A stretch of 63,516 bases of DNA, the filler included, from Dimargaris cristalligena (Eukaryota), in NCBI GenBank assembly GCA_003614675.1. It is 15 parts of 15 records of this genome, joined end to end, with 100 filler letters (N's around TTAATTAATTAA, not from the genome) between each part and the next. Parts side by side here need not be neighbours in the genome. Positions count along the whole stretch, not along the records: positions 1 to 4,241 come from ML003816.1; positions 4,342 to 8,573 come from ML003817.1; positions 8,674 to 12,900 come from ML003818.1; 12 more parts are not named here. One strand, given 5' to 3'. This document shows positions 1 through 11,370 of this stretch, in pieces (the first letter of the stretch is position 1; each line of letters starts with the position of its first letter). Both the position numbers and the translations under genes were made by a program. The notes beneath the pieces are model-generated. The model was not told the DNA's origin, made no database searches, and worked only from the letters and a program-made list of their open reading frames with translations.

Positions 1-297
1 TACCACCTTGCTTCAGGTGACTATTAGCTACTACTCAGTTTTCTCCCTGTTCTCCTTTTTCCTTGTACTCAGCAAAAAGTCCCTTTTTATCACCTTGGCT
101 TCAGGTGCTATTTAGCCTTTCACCCAGTTTCATCTAATTTGGCCCCTCACTGGAAAAAACGGCCTAGCCATTGAATGGCTTATAAATGGGTGGGAAAAGA
201 TGAAGACTGACCTTTGGTGATGTTCTTTAGCTTTTCTAAACTTAAAATAGTTTGGCTGGGATATGCTATTAGAGATTAAGCAGGCTCAGCCACAACA

Positions 298-781
298 CTA
301 TATACCTTAGTCTTAGTGGGATCCTTCCCCTGTGGCCTCCCTTTGGATTTGCTCCTGCATATGGGAGAAGTTCATTCAGGCTGTATAATGAGAAATCCAT
401 TTGATGAGGCCAATATTACTGGTTAAAAGCTATTCTCACATATTCAGCAATACATGTATTATGTTAAAACCTTATACAACTGGTTTGAATTTCATCCATA
501 TATATAACCAGGCCCCATTGGGACTGGTTAGATTTGTCAGCTTATTCTTACCTACCTGGTTTACTCTGATAAACCCTGTATATGTTCACCACCCTTGTAT
601 TAACTAGTAAGTGTGCTGCTACACATCCCTTGCCTATACCTGCATTTTGTAGCCTTTATTAGTTAGTACCATATCTATACCTAATACTAGTGACCCGCTT
701 GACTAAGCCTGAGCCCCACCTACTGTTAGAAGCCTATCCTTAGGACTCTTGACAGACTAAGAGTGGTTTACCCAGGTGACA
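298..781 (+). mobile_element. LTR family A, 3' portion, interrupted by a MITE
   Basis: Aligns with 8275-8573 and with the reverse complement of 60178-60820. Ends in CCAGGTGACA. Confidence 0.8.
363..497. mobile_element. MITE (136-bp family) inserted into LTR family A
   Basis: Imperfect ~30-bp TIRs (GGGAGAAGTTCATTCAGGCTGTATAA / TTATACAACTGGTTTGAATTTCATCC) flanked by ATAT. The homologous LTR sites at ~8340 and ~60455 are empty. Confidence 0.8.
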
Positions 782-1900
782 ACCGTGTTGAGCATTTTGA
801 GTAATTATCAAGGTAAATGTCAACTATATGCCACTGAACTTCATGCCTTCCTACCCTTTATGACTATATACTATTTTTATCTCCCAGTATTATCACCACT
901 ACCCTATTCACCGACTTTAGTTAACGAGGAAGCCACTGTCCCCTGGACAGTTCCTAGCAATATAATTGAGGGATGGTCCCAATGATTTCATTACTACCAA
1001 TGGTGTTCCTGTCCTACCTCCACTGCCTTTCAGTCTGTTTAATGGTTTTTTTCCTTTGGCCCCATAAACGGCAATAATTATTCACTTTGTGGAACAACAG
1101 TAGTTGAAATCATATATAGCTCCATTTACTCCAAGCTGCACCATCACTGGCATTTCTTTTATCATCCCACTTGTCCCGAGTGCTATTTGTCATTAAACAA
1201 TGGTTAGCTATACCATTGGTGATAGAGCAATGGTGAAAGGGGACCTGCTCTTAGTGTTCTAACTGCTAATGCTGATGTGGACCTATACCAATAATGAAAC
1301 AGTCTTGCTTTTGAATCTGTCAAATGTAGCACCAAGGTGACGGAATACCATTATGGGATAATGGGGTAAATCCCCTACCACCCTGATATCAGGGTAATAT
1401 ATCTAGGAAGTGCAAGTGAAACAAAGTGCAGGGCAAAAATAGATCTCGATATTAAATGTAATATATTTGAGTTGAGTTGGTATTGAGCAGGATGTGCTTT
1501 TCTCTTACCTCTTGCATTTCAATGGGATGCTTGAGCTTCATTATCAGGATACCTGTTGGCTTAATATAAACAGTGTCAGGGACCCCTATCCTGTGGAAAA
1601 GGCAGCAAGCTACACAGCTGAAGAGCTTTGGGGTTCCACCAGCTGGATCAGCTTGCGTACATCACCTTTCCGAGGGGCAGGATCCATAAAACTGCTGTTC
1701 AAAGGCACATCATATAGAAATGGACTATCCATGGACCACTGTTGATGAAGTGACCTAATATTGGTTGACAGTCCCTACAATATATCCCACTATATAAACC
1801 CAACTAACCAGACATCCAATAATCAGACTTGCTCTTTCAATTCTATCCCTCCCTCCCTCTCTCTCTCTCTTTCCCACCTCCCCTTCCTGGATAAATCATT

Positions 1901-3923
1901 ATGAAGTTTACCACTTCAATCTTTACTCTCACCACTGCTGCTCTGAGACTTTCGTGTATTGCAGCCAGCCCCACGAGGCATACCCGAAATATTTAGACAT
2001 GCAGACTCACTGAACTACCCACCGAAATGCAGCTTGCCATCATCAAAGACCTTGATGGCTATTCGAACCGACAATACTCCCAGCTGAACAAAGGGTGATG
2101 CAAGATTGCACAACAGATTTCCGTATATAAGGTAAGATTTAGTTTGCATTCTTAAACATCAGGCACACCCCAAGGCGGATTCTCTTACTCTATATATTAT
2201 GATTATTATGGAATACTGATGGCCACATACTTGGCACATTATATCCTGAGTCCATTTAGGCCACCTTGACATTAAATAGGGTGACCAGTAGAAAGACAGA
2301 CAAGGCGGGACCAGGTAAATATATTCATGTTTGGGTTAACAGTGCTCAAAAACTATCAACTAACATTCCTATATGAATTACATATCAATACTGTGGGCCA
2401 ATATACTCTTATAGGTGAATAAATTAGCATAATTGGCTGCCTTTCTGTCCAATCTTTTGTTGAAAATCTATCTGACACCAAACATGATAGCAACACAACC
2501 ACCAAATATGACATTGAAGTGGGAGTCCAAGATGTCACAAACAACTGGATGGCACTCTTAAAAACATGAAACCACTGTAAGCTTCACCTGTGCCATCAAG
2601 GACTATATAAGAGTAAACCCTAATATTATGGCCTACCATAATATGCTGGCCACCCCTCTAATAAAGGCTAAAAAGTCACGGAGTGTACTGCCAGCAGATC
2701 GGGTGGATGATATGGACCTTTACACAGCAATTCCCATTCTCCAGCTGGCCCACAGCCAAACTATCCCCACACTTACTAAGCTCCTGTCCATCCTATTTGG
2801 GGATGATTCGAAGAAGATGGTGGCATTGGCATTTTTGAGAGCCCTGGATCCCTCATTCACTAGTGATAATTTGATTAATCTCCCCCCTCCACAGTCCTTA
2901 ATCGACATAGATGACCTTGGCACAATTACCCTGGCATGTGTGGACTTGAGTGACTACCTTGACCATCTTGACAATCCCCCCCCCCCAGAGACCTTGGCCC
3001 ACAGTGATCATTTCAACAGGGCCCCCTCGGGGTCATCAATCGATAGTGGTATGTTAAGTCATCACCACCAAATGATCAAGGCATTCCTGGATCAATTCAA
3101 GAGGAGATCCTTGGAGCCCTCTGAGGGTGGGAGCTCTATGGATGGCTTTGAGTACAAGGAATTACTTGCAAAACTCATCATGAAACCCTTATTCTACTGG
3201 GCCTGTCTTCTCGACATAGTCTACAATTGTTATAATTATATTTTACAAGATATCATCACCCACATTACCTGACACCTATTCCAGAAGGCGGCCACTGCTC
3301 TTATCGAATGTGGAACCCAATCCCCTTTTAATAAGGTCAAGGAATTCTTTGAGGATACTCTGAATATGCTGCTTAGACTTGGTATCATGGATATGGTCTT
3401 CAGCCATTCTGCACTCTCTCAGTTTGCACTCACCCTAACCACTCAGTCATTCCAAAAGCTAACTGATGGTGGAAATGATCAAGCTGCTGCAAAACATATG
3501 CACAACATTGCCACATTCTTTGATCGATATGTGTATTGGGGGGACAGGTCCAATATATCATCAGATGAGGAGACAGATAGTGTAGATAGCCAGCCAGATG
3601 ACTTTATCCAGATGCATTGTTCCAACTATATATATTGTATGGGCACATATGGGCTGGACAATGCCTACAATTATCTAGTGGATTATTGGCTGGAGTTAGA
3701 CTGCATCAACAAGCACACCTCAACTAACCAAGTTTTAAACCAGGCACCCGACCCCTTGATGGAACTGAATATGCACGACCCCATGAGTGCATGCAAAGTT
3801 ATTGTGTTTATGCCATTCATATTCAACTTGTCAAAGGAGGGATATGGCATGACTGTGGCCAAGGATTTGCTGGAGGCCAAATACCAGGATAAATACCGCT
3901 TTTTAGACCTGGTAGAATCTTAA
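1901..3923 (+). pseudogene. Decayed secreted protein gene: signal peptide + F-box-like motif + long C-terminal region
   Basis: TATA at ~1791. ATG 1901 gives MKFTTSIFTLTTAALRLSCIAASP..*..LTELPTEMQLAIIKDLD..SQLNKG*CKIA, with a GTAAGA donor at 2132. ORFs 2628-3272 and 3366-3923 share a frame and are separated by a single TGA. Linkage of exon 1 to the downstream ORFs is inferred. Confidence 0.6.
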
Positions 3924-4241
3924 AACACAGAAGAGACCCAGCTTTACCGTGCTTAATAATCAATGAGATTAAATCCCACTTGACTTGCGGAACTAGGTGC
4001 CACCAATGCCCAGTTCCAACAATATGGCATGGGAATTCCACCACCCTCCTCAGTATCTCCATTTATACCCTAACCCCTAGTAGCGCCACTCAACATGTTC
4101 TAAGCCGGTTCTATGCCTTTACCCTTAGTCTGCTCAGCTATATAGGGCTGGGTTAATTCCTATAGTTACTCCCCAGTCAATTAGCGATTATTTGATACCC
4201 TCTTTCACCACCTTCCCTTCTCATCTTTCTAGAAACAAATT

Positions 4242-4341
4242 NNNNNNNNNNNNNNNNNNNNNNNNNNNNNNNNNNNNNNNNNNNNTTAATTAATTAANNN
4301 NNNNNNNNNNNNNNNNNNNNNNNNNNNNNNNNNNNNNNNNN
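4242..4341. other. Artificial contig linker (N44-TTAATTAATTAA-N44), first of 14
   Basis: Identical 100-bp spacers with stops in all frames also at 8574, 12901, 17179, 21453, 25712, 29958, 34183, 38407, 42606, 46794, 50977, 55160 and 59340. Contig lengths decrease from 4241 to 4077 bp. Confidence 0.99.
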
Positions 4342-4446
4342 TTCGCTAGAAAATTTTTCCTTTCTACTTCGGGGAAAGTAATATTTTTACGGAAAAATTT
4401 TTCTTTCCCCTCTATTAACATAATGAGTTTTTAAAAACGAATTTTT
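4342..4446. repeat. Dispersed AT-rich repeat family D, copy at contig edge
   Basis: Shares ACTTCGGGGAAAGTAATATTTT / TTTCCCCTCTATTAACATAAT..AAAACGAATTT with ~60050-60156 and ~61250-61385. Confidence 0.65.
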
Positions 4447-6718
4447 TTTATAGTTGCATCAGGAAGCACTTGCGTTTACCATCGAATTTATTATTCCAAT
4501 AGTTTTCCCGTGGGATTAATAAAGATACTGAGATATCCGACCGCTGGTGGACTTGCGAGCTATAAGAATGGTGTAAGCTGCTTGACACGTTACCAGCTGA
4601 ATAACTATAGTTAGTTGAAGGGCTTTGTGGGGAAGTGCCGGCTGGGCCGACACTTTTACTGGAACCTCAACATCTGGGATCTCTTCGTTCTTAACATCTC
4701 CAATGATCCCCGAGATATAATTGATGTGCACACTCAACCACCAGTTGGTATTTAGCCCAGTTATGTGGATAGCGGCGGGAACGCACCTACTGGAATGTAC
4801 GAGCTTAATCCGAAACGGCCGAAGTTGCTAAAGGGGTCAACCGGAGCAACTAGCCATTGTAGCAAAAACTACCACGACTAAAAATATGCCGTTATCAATG
4901 CGTCCTACCAGCGAACCAAGTACATTGGCCCTTCTGATAGATAAACCTCGCCCCTCCAACGACCCGTTAGCCATTGGTAGCTGGATAGTACAGCACAACC
5001 AACAGTCTCCCACCACGTATACTATTCTCCCCGACAATGGAGAAACACTTCAATAACTGACAAGAGATAATCCTCAGGCGCTACCTCAACAGCTTACCTC
5101 GCTGATCCAACTTCAAAGCACTAGATTGATACAAATATGGTATTACGTTGCTTTATAGTATAATGGGTTGAAACTGCTCATCGGCTAATGCCGCTGTCGG
5201 ACTTTCTCAACAATACCGGTTAAGGCGGGATGCTGGAAAAATCCCAGTCTAATTAGAAATAACAGGGTTTGATGGGAGTTCTAGCTGCTAATAGATGCCA
5301 GTTTCAGGTGACCATACAATACAACCTCCCACTTTATGCTTTGAAGAATAACAATGCAACAGCAAGGACCCATGGGTGGTTTTGTCAGTATATTATTCGT
5401 AGTGATTGACTAGTATATGAACGTCGGGTTTTATAATCCCGGCAGTAAGACGTATGACTGGCAGGTCGGCGGATGTGCCTATATAGGAACTTCGTGAAAC
5501 CAGGCACGAGGTCGCCCCCCAGTAGAATAGCGTAGTGACCAGGATGTATTTGACAATGTTATAGGATAGTGCAGCTGTCGGAAGGGGCCCGCTTCCCAAA
5601 TGACGAAAATGTCACCTGGCCCTTCCGACGAAAATACGCCGCCCAAAGGGTAATGAGCAGTTACTAGCCCTATCGGCCATGCTAAATATCTAGGAGTATA
5701 CATTGGGTAAGAACGCGTCGCCCCCATTAAAACCAAATCTTTATAAGTTAAATATTTTTATATTTAAGTATCTACGTAAACCCTAAAAAGAAAACCCCAC
5801 TTTGTAGTCCTGGCAATTCGCGACCCTCCTCGACCTGAGCGTAATAATAGCTCTCTACGTGGCATTCCCTTGTCAGTCTTGCGGTAAAAGTATGGCCTTT
5901 ACAACGGGGCTGTATGGGTTCCCCGACCTATACTGTTTTTTTTTAAAAAAAACAAAACCCCACTCCCCGATGTGAATTGAATACTGGCGACTGCTGAGCC
6001 GTCGCTGCCAATTCCGTTGTCATTGTGGCCGAATAGAGCAATTTCATTGGTATATCGCACTGTCAATAAAACCAAAAATGCACATGCATATTTAGTTCTC
6101 ACGTCAGGTAAGTTACCTATTAACCACCACTCCCACAACCAGATCGCTGTTTTTTATGCTACCTGGCAAGTGATGAAAACAAAAACGGACTGAACCGAGT
6201 CTCAGACTAGACGGGGTTTTCACATACCTGTTTACATCTACTGTTTTCCGCTTGGCCGGGGTTGTATCGGCTACGTCTTTCTCCCGCATACCATTTCGTA
6301 ACCTTCTTCCATTTGGGTACTCATAACCAGCAATATTTTTGGCCCGGAGGCTGACTACCACAGCTACGCTATATCTACTTATTAGTCAAGATCTGGGGGG
6401 TTATGTATGGCGCGGTCATGATACTTGATGCCTCGGAGCCACTCTGGTTCTGAGCTGAGTAATGTTGACTACCCAGCCATATTTTAGTATTCTTTATTGA
6501 TCGTATCATTTCGGCTGTTCCGCTGTATTGTAGCACCTAGAATCGATGTATTTGCATATATAAGGTCAGGCCAAGCGGTGCCTGATTGCAATATCCCATT
6601 ATCCATCAATCCGCCCCTCTCACTTTCCTGATCTACCTGTACTCACCCTTACTATAATTTGCAGACTATTTTGTGCACTTACCTACCCTTCCCCGTCCCT
6701 ACTTCTTGACCTATCACC

Positions 6719-7234
6719 ATGTCTAAATTATATATCGGCAACTTGTCCTGGAATACCACTGATGATACGCTCCGCCAAGCCTTTGGGGAATATGGCACGG
6801 TTACAGACTCTAAAGTTATGAGAGACCGTGAGACTGGTAAGTGTACTGACCAACAATTTAAGACGAGCCGTGATAACCCCATTTCTATTATTAATCAATT
6901 GTCAATTCGGTATATCCACACAATGTCCTATTATACCTTAAATACACACCCTCATCTTGGAATTGCGACGCTTCTTCTATCCATAGGCCGCAGCCGTGGG
7001 TTTGGCTTCGTAACATTTAACAGTTCTGAGGAAGCCGATGGCGCCATGGCTGCTCTCCATGAGCAGGAACTGGATGGCAGAAGAGTCAAGGTCAATAAGG
7101 TCGGTGAGCGAGACCAACAGAGCGGCGGCCAACATGCCTATAATAACCAAGGTGCAAGAGGTTATGGGAGTTACAACAGCACCAACCAAGCTGCAGGCCA
7201 TGGGGGTTATGGTGGCTACGGCCAAGCTGCATAG
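6719..7234 (+). CDS. Glycine-rich RNA-binding protein, single RRM (exons 6719-6836, 6987-7234; 121 aa)
   Basis: RNP2 LYIGNL and RNP1 RGFGFVTF. A GTAAGT..CCATAG intron at 6837-6986 restores DRETG|RSRGFGF. Gly/Tyr-rich tail. TATA at ~6557. Confidence 0.93.
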   Translation: MSKLYIGNLSWNTTDDTLRQAFGEYGTVTDSKVMRDRETGKCTDQQFKTSRDNPISIINQLSIRYIHTMSYYTLNTHPHLGIATLLLSIGRSRGFGFVTFNSSEEADGAMAALHEQELDGRRVKVNKVGERDQQSGGQHAYNNQGARGYGSYNSTNQAAGHGGYGGYGQAA

Positions 7235-8033
7235 GCGGGGTGTCTAGCCAAGCGAGTAAGGGTATTTAGACATTACAACAATGATGTAATATCCTAACTA
7301 GCCGGAACCTGGTCCGATTATGTAGCAATGATAACCTAGTTTCTTGACCCTTATACCACTTTCCCTTCATCGGTGACTTTTAAATGACCAAACATAGCTT
7401 GACTATTGGAACAGCTATGGCCCATCTAAAGGTCATTTGTGTTTGCACAAGAGGAACTCGAATCTATTGCCATTCCCCTGCTTCTGTTGGGGGCATTGTA
7501 TTAAGGTTTTTTCCCCAAATTATTCATTACAGCCTTTAGTAAAATATTCAATAGTCAACATTGTCTCAAACATCCTCTATAAACCCCAAATCACATTGTG
7601 TACTATCCATATAAATTTTAGTTATTGTCCAGTAAGGATAACATATAGTGGGGTGCAGTGTGTAAGTTTTTCCCTTATTAACAAAAATTAACCAAATATT
7701 TGGCCAGGTTAAATTATCTTGTGCTGCATTGGGTAGATGCCCCCAGGTTTGAATAATCACCACATACTAGACCATATGGAAGGCAGGAAACCAGTTGGTA
7801 TTCTACAAACCTGTATAAGTAACTATCCATTGGGGTGGTATCTCAGCCTTTACTATGAAGATGGGGTTGTCTTCAATTATTAGGTCAATAATTGATATTA
7901 TAGAGTAAGTCAATTTAACAATGACAATATTCTCAAATAGTATAATAAGAAGCTATTAGGAAAGGCCATCCATCACCCCCTGGATAGTAAATCTTCTTAT
8001 ACTGTAATAGGTGTAATTAATCAGGGTCAATAA

Positions 8034-8573
8034 TATTAGACTATCTAATCTACTTTAATCTAGCTGGCTTAGTATCTAACTATATTAGGCCTTATAGTAC
8101 TATACCAACCTTCCCATGGTTGCTCCTGGTACTATGGGATCATTAATCATTATATATAACCCTTCCCCTTCTGGATATCATCTCTTCACACTAATTACTT
8201 AAGTACTAATCTAAAGACTCTTCCAGTTACCCTTAGAGTCTTCTGAATACCTGTGACCATCTGGCCAGCCTATTCACCTATCCCCTAGTCTTAGTAATAT
8301 CCTTCCCTTAGGCCCTCCCTGTAGAGTTATCCCTGTGCATATATAACTAGGCCCCATTGGGACTAGTTAATTTCCTTAACTTATTCTTACCCCCCATTTA
8401 TCTAATAAACTCTATATACACTCATCCTCCTCATACTGACTAATAAGTGTACTCACTGTATATCCCTTACATATCCCTGCCATAGCCTTTATTAGTTAGT
8501 ACCATACCCCATACCTAATACTAGTAGCCCACTTGGCTAAGTCTAAGCCCTGCCTACCATTAGAAGCCTATCC
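8034..8573 (+). mobile_element. LTR family A, truncated at contig end
   Basis: Colinear with the reverse complement of 60178-61058 once the nested insert is removed. Starts TATTAGA (degenerate TGTCAGA). Confidence 0.8.
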
Positions 8574-8674
8574 NNNNNNNNNNNNNNNNNNNNNNNNNNN
8601 NNNNNNNNNNNNNNNNNTTAATTAATTAANNNNNNNNNNNNNNNNNNNNNNNNNNNNNNNNNNNNNNNNNNNNA

Positions 8675-8869
8675 CTGGACGCCAGTGCGGCAGAAGCCTT
8701 GTCAGAGAGAAGTGATGTCGATCTGCGCGCAACGCATCGCCTGGTGCAGGACGCGTTTGCGACAGCAATGGCCTCCGGAAAGGCCGTCGCCGTGCTCAAG
8801 GTGCCGCGGCGCGCTGCGCGGCTGGCGATCGGCTTCGCAGCGTACGGCCAAACGGGCGAGCGAGCCTAG
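8675..8869 (+). CDS. Possible 3' end of a bacterial hypothetical protein (partial)
   Basis: Open frame from the contig edge (LDASAAEALSERSDVDL...GQTGERA*) with GC-rich codons. No recognisable motif. Confidence 0.3.
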   Translation: MDASAAEALSERSDVDLRATHRLVQDAFATAMASGKAVAVLKVPRRAARLAIGFAAYGQTGERA

Positions 8870-9011
8870 GGCGTGGCGGCATTGAATCCGCTGATGTCCA
8901 ACGACTTGCGCTGCTGGAAGGCAGCCCGAGCAGGGTCACCTCGTTGAACGGCACGCTCGGCCGCGAAAGCGTGGAGGGAGTACTCTTGGGGCACGACAAA
9001 TGGAGCAAGCC

Positions 9012-9239
9012 ATGCCGGCAGACAAACTCGGCCGATTCATGACCAGCGGCACATTCCTGGAACGCGCGAACGCAGCAGTTGCCAAGGCAGTGCGTCGCCT
9101 CGAAAAGCGAGGCATCGCACCGGCTTACATCCAGCGCCAACCAAGCCAGCAATCGAAAATTGACGCTGGCCCAGGCGACAGCGCCCAAGAAGGAAGCCCA
9201 GACGTTGCTGGACAGCATGAATCTCCTCGTTCTAAGTGA
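9012..9239 (+). CDS. Small bacterial hypothetical protein (75 aa)
   Basis: GGAG RBS just upstream of ATG 9012. Amphipathic helical N-half (FLERANAAVAKAVRRLEKRGIAPAYI). Overlaps the start of the next gene. Confidence 0.6.
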   Translation: MPADKLGRFMTSGTFLERANAAVAKAVRRLEKRGIAPAYIQRQPSQQSKIDAGPGDSAQEGSPDVAGQHESPRSK

Positions 9240-9993
9240 CCTTCATCTCGAATTCTCCACCCTCGACATCGACACGACCGACGTAGATGTGGTCGTGCTT
9301 GCCGGCGACATTCATCTGGGCAAGCGCGGAATGCCTTGGATTGAAACCCAGAGCCGCGGCCTACCGGTTATCTACGTACCCGGCAACCACGAATTCTACA
9401 AAGGTGAGCACAGTCGAGTGCTTCGAGATCTGCGTGCGGCGTGCGCCGCGACGCCGAACGTCCACCTTCTCGACACGGACAAGATCACGATCGGGGACGT
9501 GGAATTCTTGGGCGCCACACTCTGGACAGACTTCGCGCTGTACGGTGGTGCAGAAGAAAAAGTGCGTGCTGCCGAGAGCTACGCTGCTCGGGGCATGACC
9601 GACTTCACCGGAGCCATTCGCTTCGAATCGCGCGGAGTGTTCAGAAAGCTGCAGCCACAGGACACAGCTCAAATGCACCACGCCGCACGCGAGTGGCTGA
9701 CCACAGAGTTGATGACCCCGTCACAATGCAGACGAGTAGTCGTCACTCATCATGCTCCATCTGCGCGCAGTGTGTCCCCGAGATTTCAAGATGACCCGCT
9801 CACGCCGGCGTATGCGAGCCACATGGATGATGTAATCAAACTCGCCGATCTGTGGATTCATGGCCATATGCACGGGAGCTCTGACTACAGCGCCGGAGCA
9901 TGTCGGGTCATCTGCAATCCGCGAGGCTATGCGCCCAAGGGGCGGAGCACAGAAAACGGCGCATTCGATCTGAGGCTGATCTTGCAGGTCTAA
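9217..9993 (+). CDS. Calcineurin-like metallophosphoesterase (258 aa)
   Basis: Complete MPP motif set: SDLH, LAGDI, PGNHEFY, THHAP, HGHMH, NPRGY. The true start is most likely ATG 9217. Confidence 0.93.
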   Translation: MNLLVLSDLHLEFSTLDIDTTDVDVVVLAGDIHLGKRGMPWIETQSRGLPVIYVPGNHEFYKGEHSRVLRDLRAACAATPNVHLLDTDKITIGDVEFLGATLWTDFALYGGAEEKVRAAESYAARGMTDFTGAIRFESRGVFRKLQPQDTAQMHHAAREWLTTELMTPSQCRRVVVTHHAPSARSVSPRFQDDPLTPAYASHMDDVIKLADLWIHGHMHGSSDYSAGACRVICNPRGYAPKGRSTENGAFDLRLILQV

Positions 9994-10028
9994 AGCATTT
10001 CTGTGTCGTCCAGCAAGCCTTGACGCCC

Positions 10029-11291
10029 TCAAGAAAACAAGAAGGAGCGCTGCGACGGCAAGCGCAGAACATGATCGCTCTTCAGGCTGACGCGCGCCCT
10101 GGAGGGGGCGCCGGATTCATCGACCACGACGATCTCACCGCCTTGGTGAAGCTCTAGCAGACTGGCCTCCACCATTTCGCGAGTAGCAGGCGTTGTGTTG
10201 ATCAGCTTCAGGAAGAACTGCTCGAAGGTCATCCCCTCAGCGCCATCGAACAACATCTCGGGGATCTGTTCGAGCATGGTTTCTTTGCTCACTGCTGCCG
10301 CCACTTCGCTGAAATCAAATCCTGCCTGCAGCTTGTGCTCATCGTCGATCTTGCTGATGTAGCCCGTGCTGAACATGTGGAAGCCGGCGTCCCCATAGTG
10401 AGAGAAATGGTTGTTGTGCTGCCAGTGCGTGGAGGCCATCACATCCCGAGCTTTCCAATGCTGCGAGAGATGCAGCAACCAGAAATCTCCGTGCCCGCGC
10501 TCAGGGCGAATAAAGAACGGCGTGTAAAACTGGGCCGAGCATTGATCGGTGAGATTCTGGTAGAGCGAGGACTGGAGATGTACGCGCCAGCGTGGCGACT
10601 GCTTGATCTCATCGAGCTCGGACGCCCGCACCGATGTACTGACGCCTGTGGCCTTTTGGAAGGCCGCTAGGTTGCGCTCATTCAAGTACTTGATCAGCGC
10701 ATCAACATAAAAGGTGAGGATCACCTCGGCGTGCTTGAGCTTGGCAAAAATATCGCGCAAACAGTGCATCGGCACGTCGGAATAGCCGTACTGATCAAGA
10801 ACAAACAACGCTCGCCCTGAACGGCGGCTTCGATCATGGCACCGTTGAATGGCCGCGCCGCAATGATCGACAAATTCGCCTTTGACCAAGCGCACCTTAC
10901 CGTTGGCGAGTGCGGCTCCGTACCCGCGCTCTTCCAGCAAACGCCTAAGATAGTCCAACGACCGCATCTTGGCGTCAACGCAGATGAGTTCGACGTCGAT
11001 CAGGATCGGCTTGCGACGCTCCTGCCGAACATTCAGGAGCGTTTCGGCCTCGCGTATGGCCTCAAGAATGACAAGAGGTGAACCCGGAACTTCCTGGCCA
11101 TCCTCGTTGAGATAGAGCCCACCACCACAGAAGCCATCAACGATGGTCAGTTGGATCTTGTCCTGGTGCGGCAGCGGCACCAGCGTAAGGAAATAGTCGA
11201 TCAAGTAGTTGCGCAGGAGCGCATGCTTGACCTCGCTGTGTCGCTTAAGCAGCGGCGGCGGACTTCCCCAGACCCATGTGTAGTGTGGCAT
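10029..11291 (-). CDS. tcmP: Three-Cys-motif partner protein TcmP (SAM-methyltransferase-like fold, probable C-terminal wHTH)
   Basis: Motifs HSxxKHxLLxxYL, IVDGFCGGG..GSP and LFVLDQYGY are typical of the TIGR04474 family. It lies directly downstream of a DUF5131 gene. Confidence 0.87.
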   Translation of the reverse strand: MPHYTWVWGSPPPLLKRHSEVKHALLRNYLIDYFLTLVPLPHQDKIQLTIVDGFCGGGLYLNEDGQEVPGSPLVILEAIREAETLLNVRQERRKPILIDVELICVDAKMRSLDYLRRLLEERGYGAALANGKVRLVKGEFVDHCGAAIQRCHDRSRRSGRALFVLDQYGYSDVPMHCLRDIFAKLKHAEVILTFYVDALIKYLNERNLAAFQKATGVSTSVRASELDEIKQSPRWRVHLQSSLYQNLTDQCSAQFYTPFFIRPERGHGDFWLLHLSQHWKARDVMASTHWQHNNHFSHYGDAGFHMFSTGYISKIDDEHKLQAGFDFSEVAAAVSKETMLEQIPEMLFDGAEGMTFEQFFLKLINTTPATREMVEASLLELHQGGEIVVVDESGAPSRARVSLKSDHVLRLPSQRSFLFS

Positions 11292-11370
11292 TGAGTGGCA
11301 GCGCTCTTGTGACCCCTGCCTATCAATGTGCGCCCGCGACCTCGCAAAATCAAGTGCGCATCAATGCCTC

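Noticed and set aside
401-607. Similar short ORFs at 401-607 and 60353-60547 (IYNQAPLG..HHPCIN)
   Set aside because: Chance translations of the same LTR family, not genes.
4242-4341. Regularly recurring TTAATTAATTAA motif, and ORFs ending in XXXLIN
   Set aside because: Artificial scaffold linker. ORFs running into the Ns are artefacts.
4450-6400. Several short minus-strand ORFs in CpG-containing DNA
   Set aside because: No recognisable motif and no coherent exon chain.
9079-9216. 46-aa N-terminal extension of the phosphoesterase from an alternative start codon
   Set aside because: The family motif begins at ATG 9217, and the extension overlaps the upstream small ORF.
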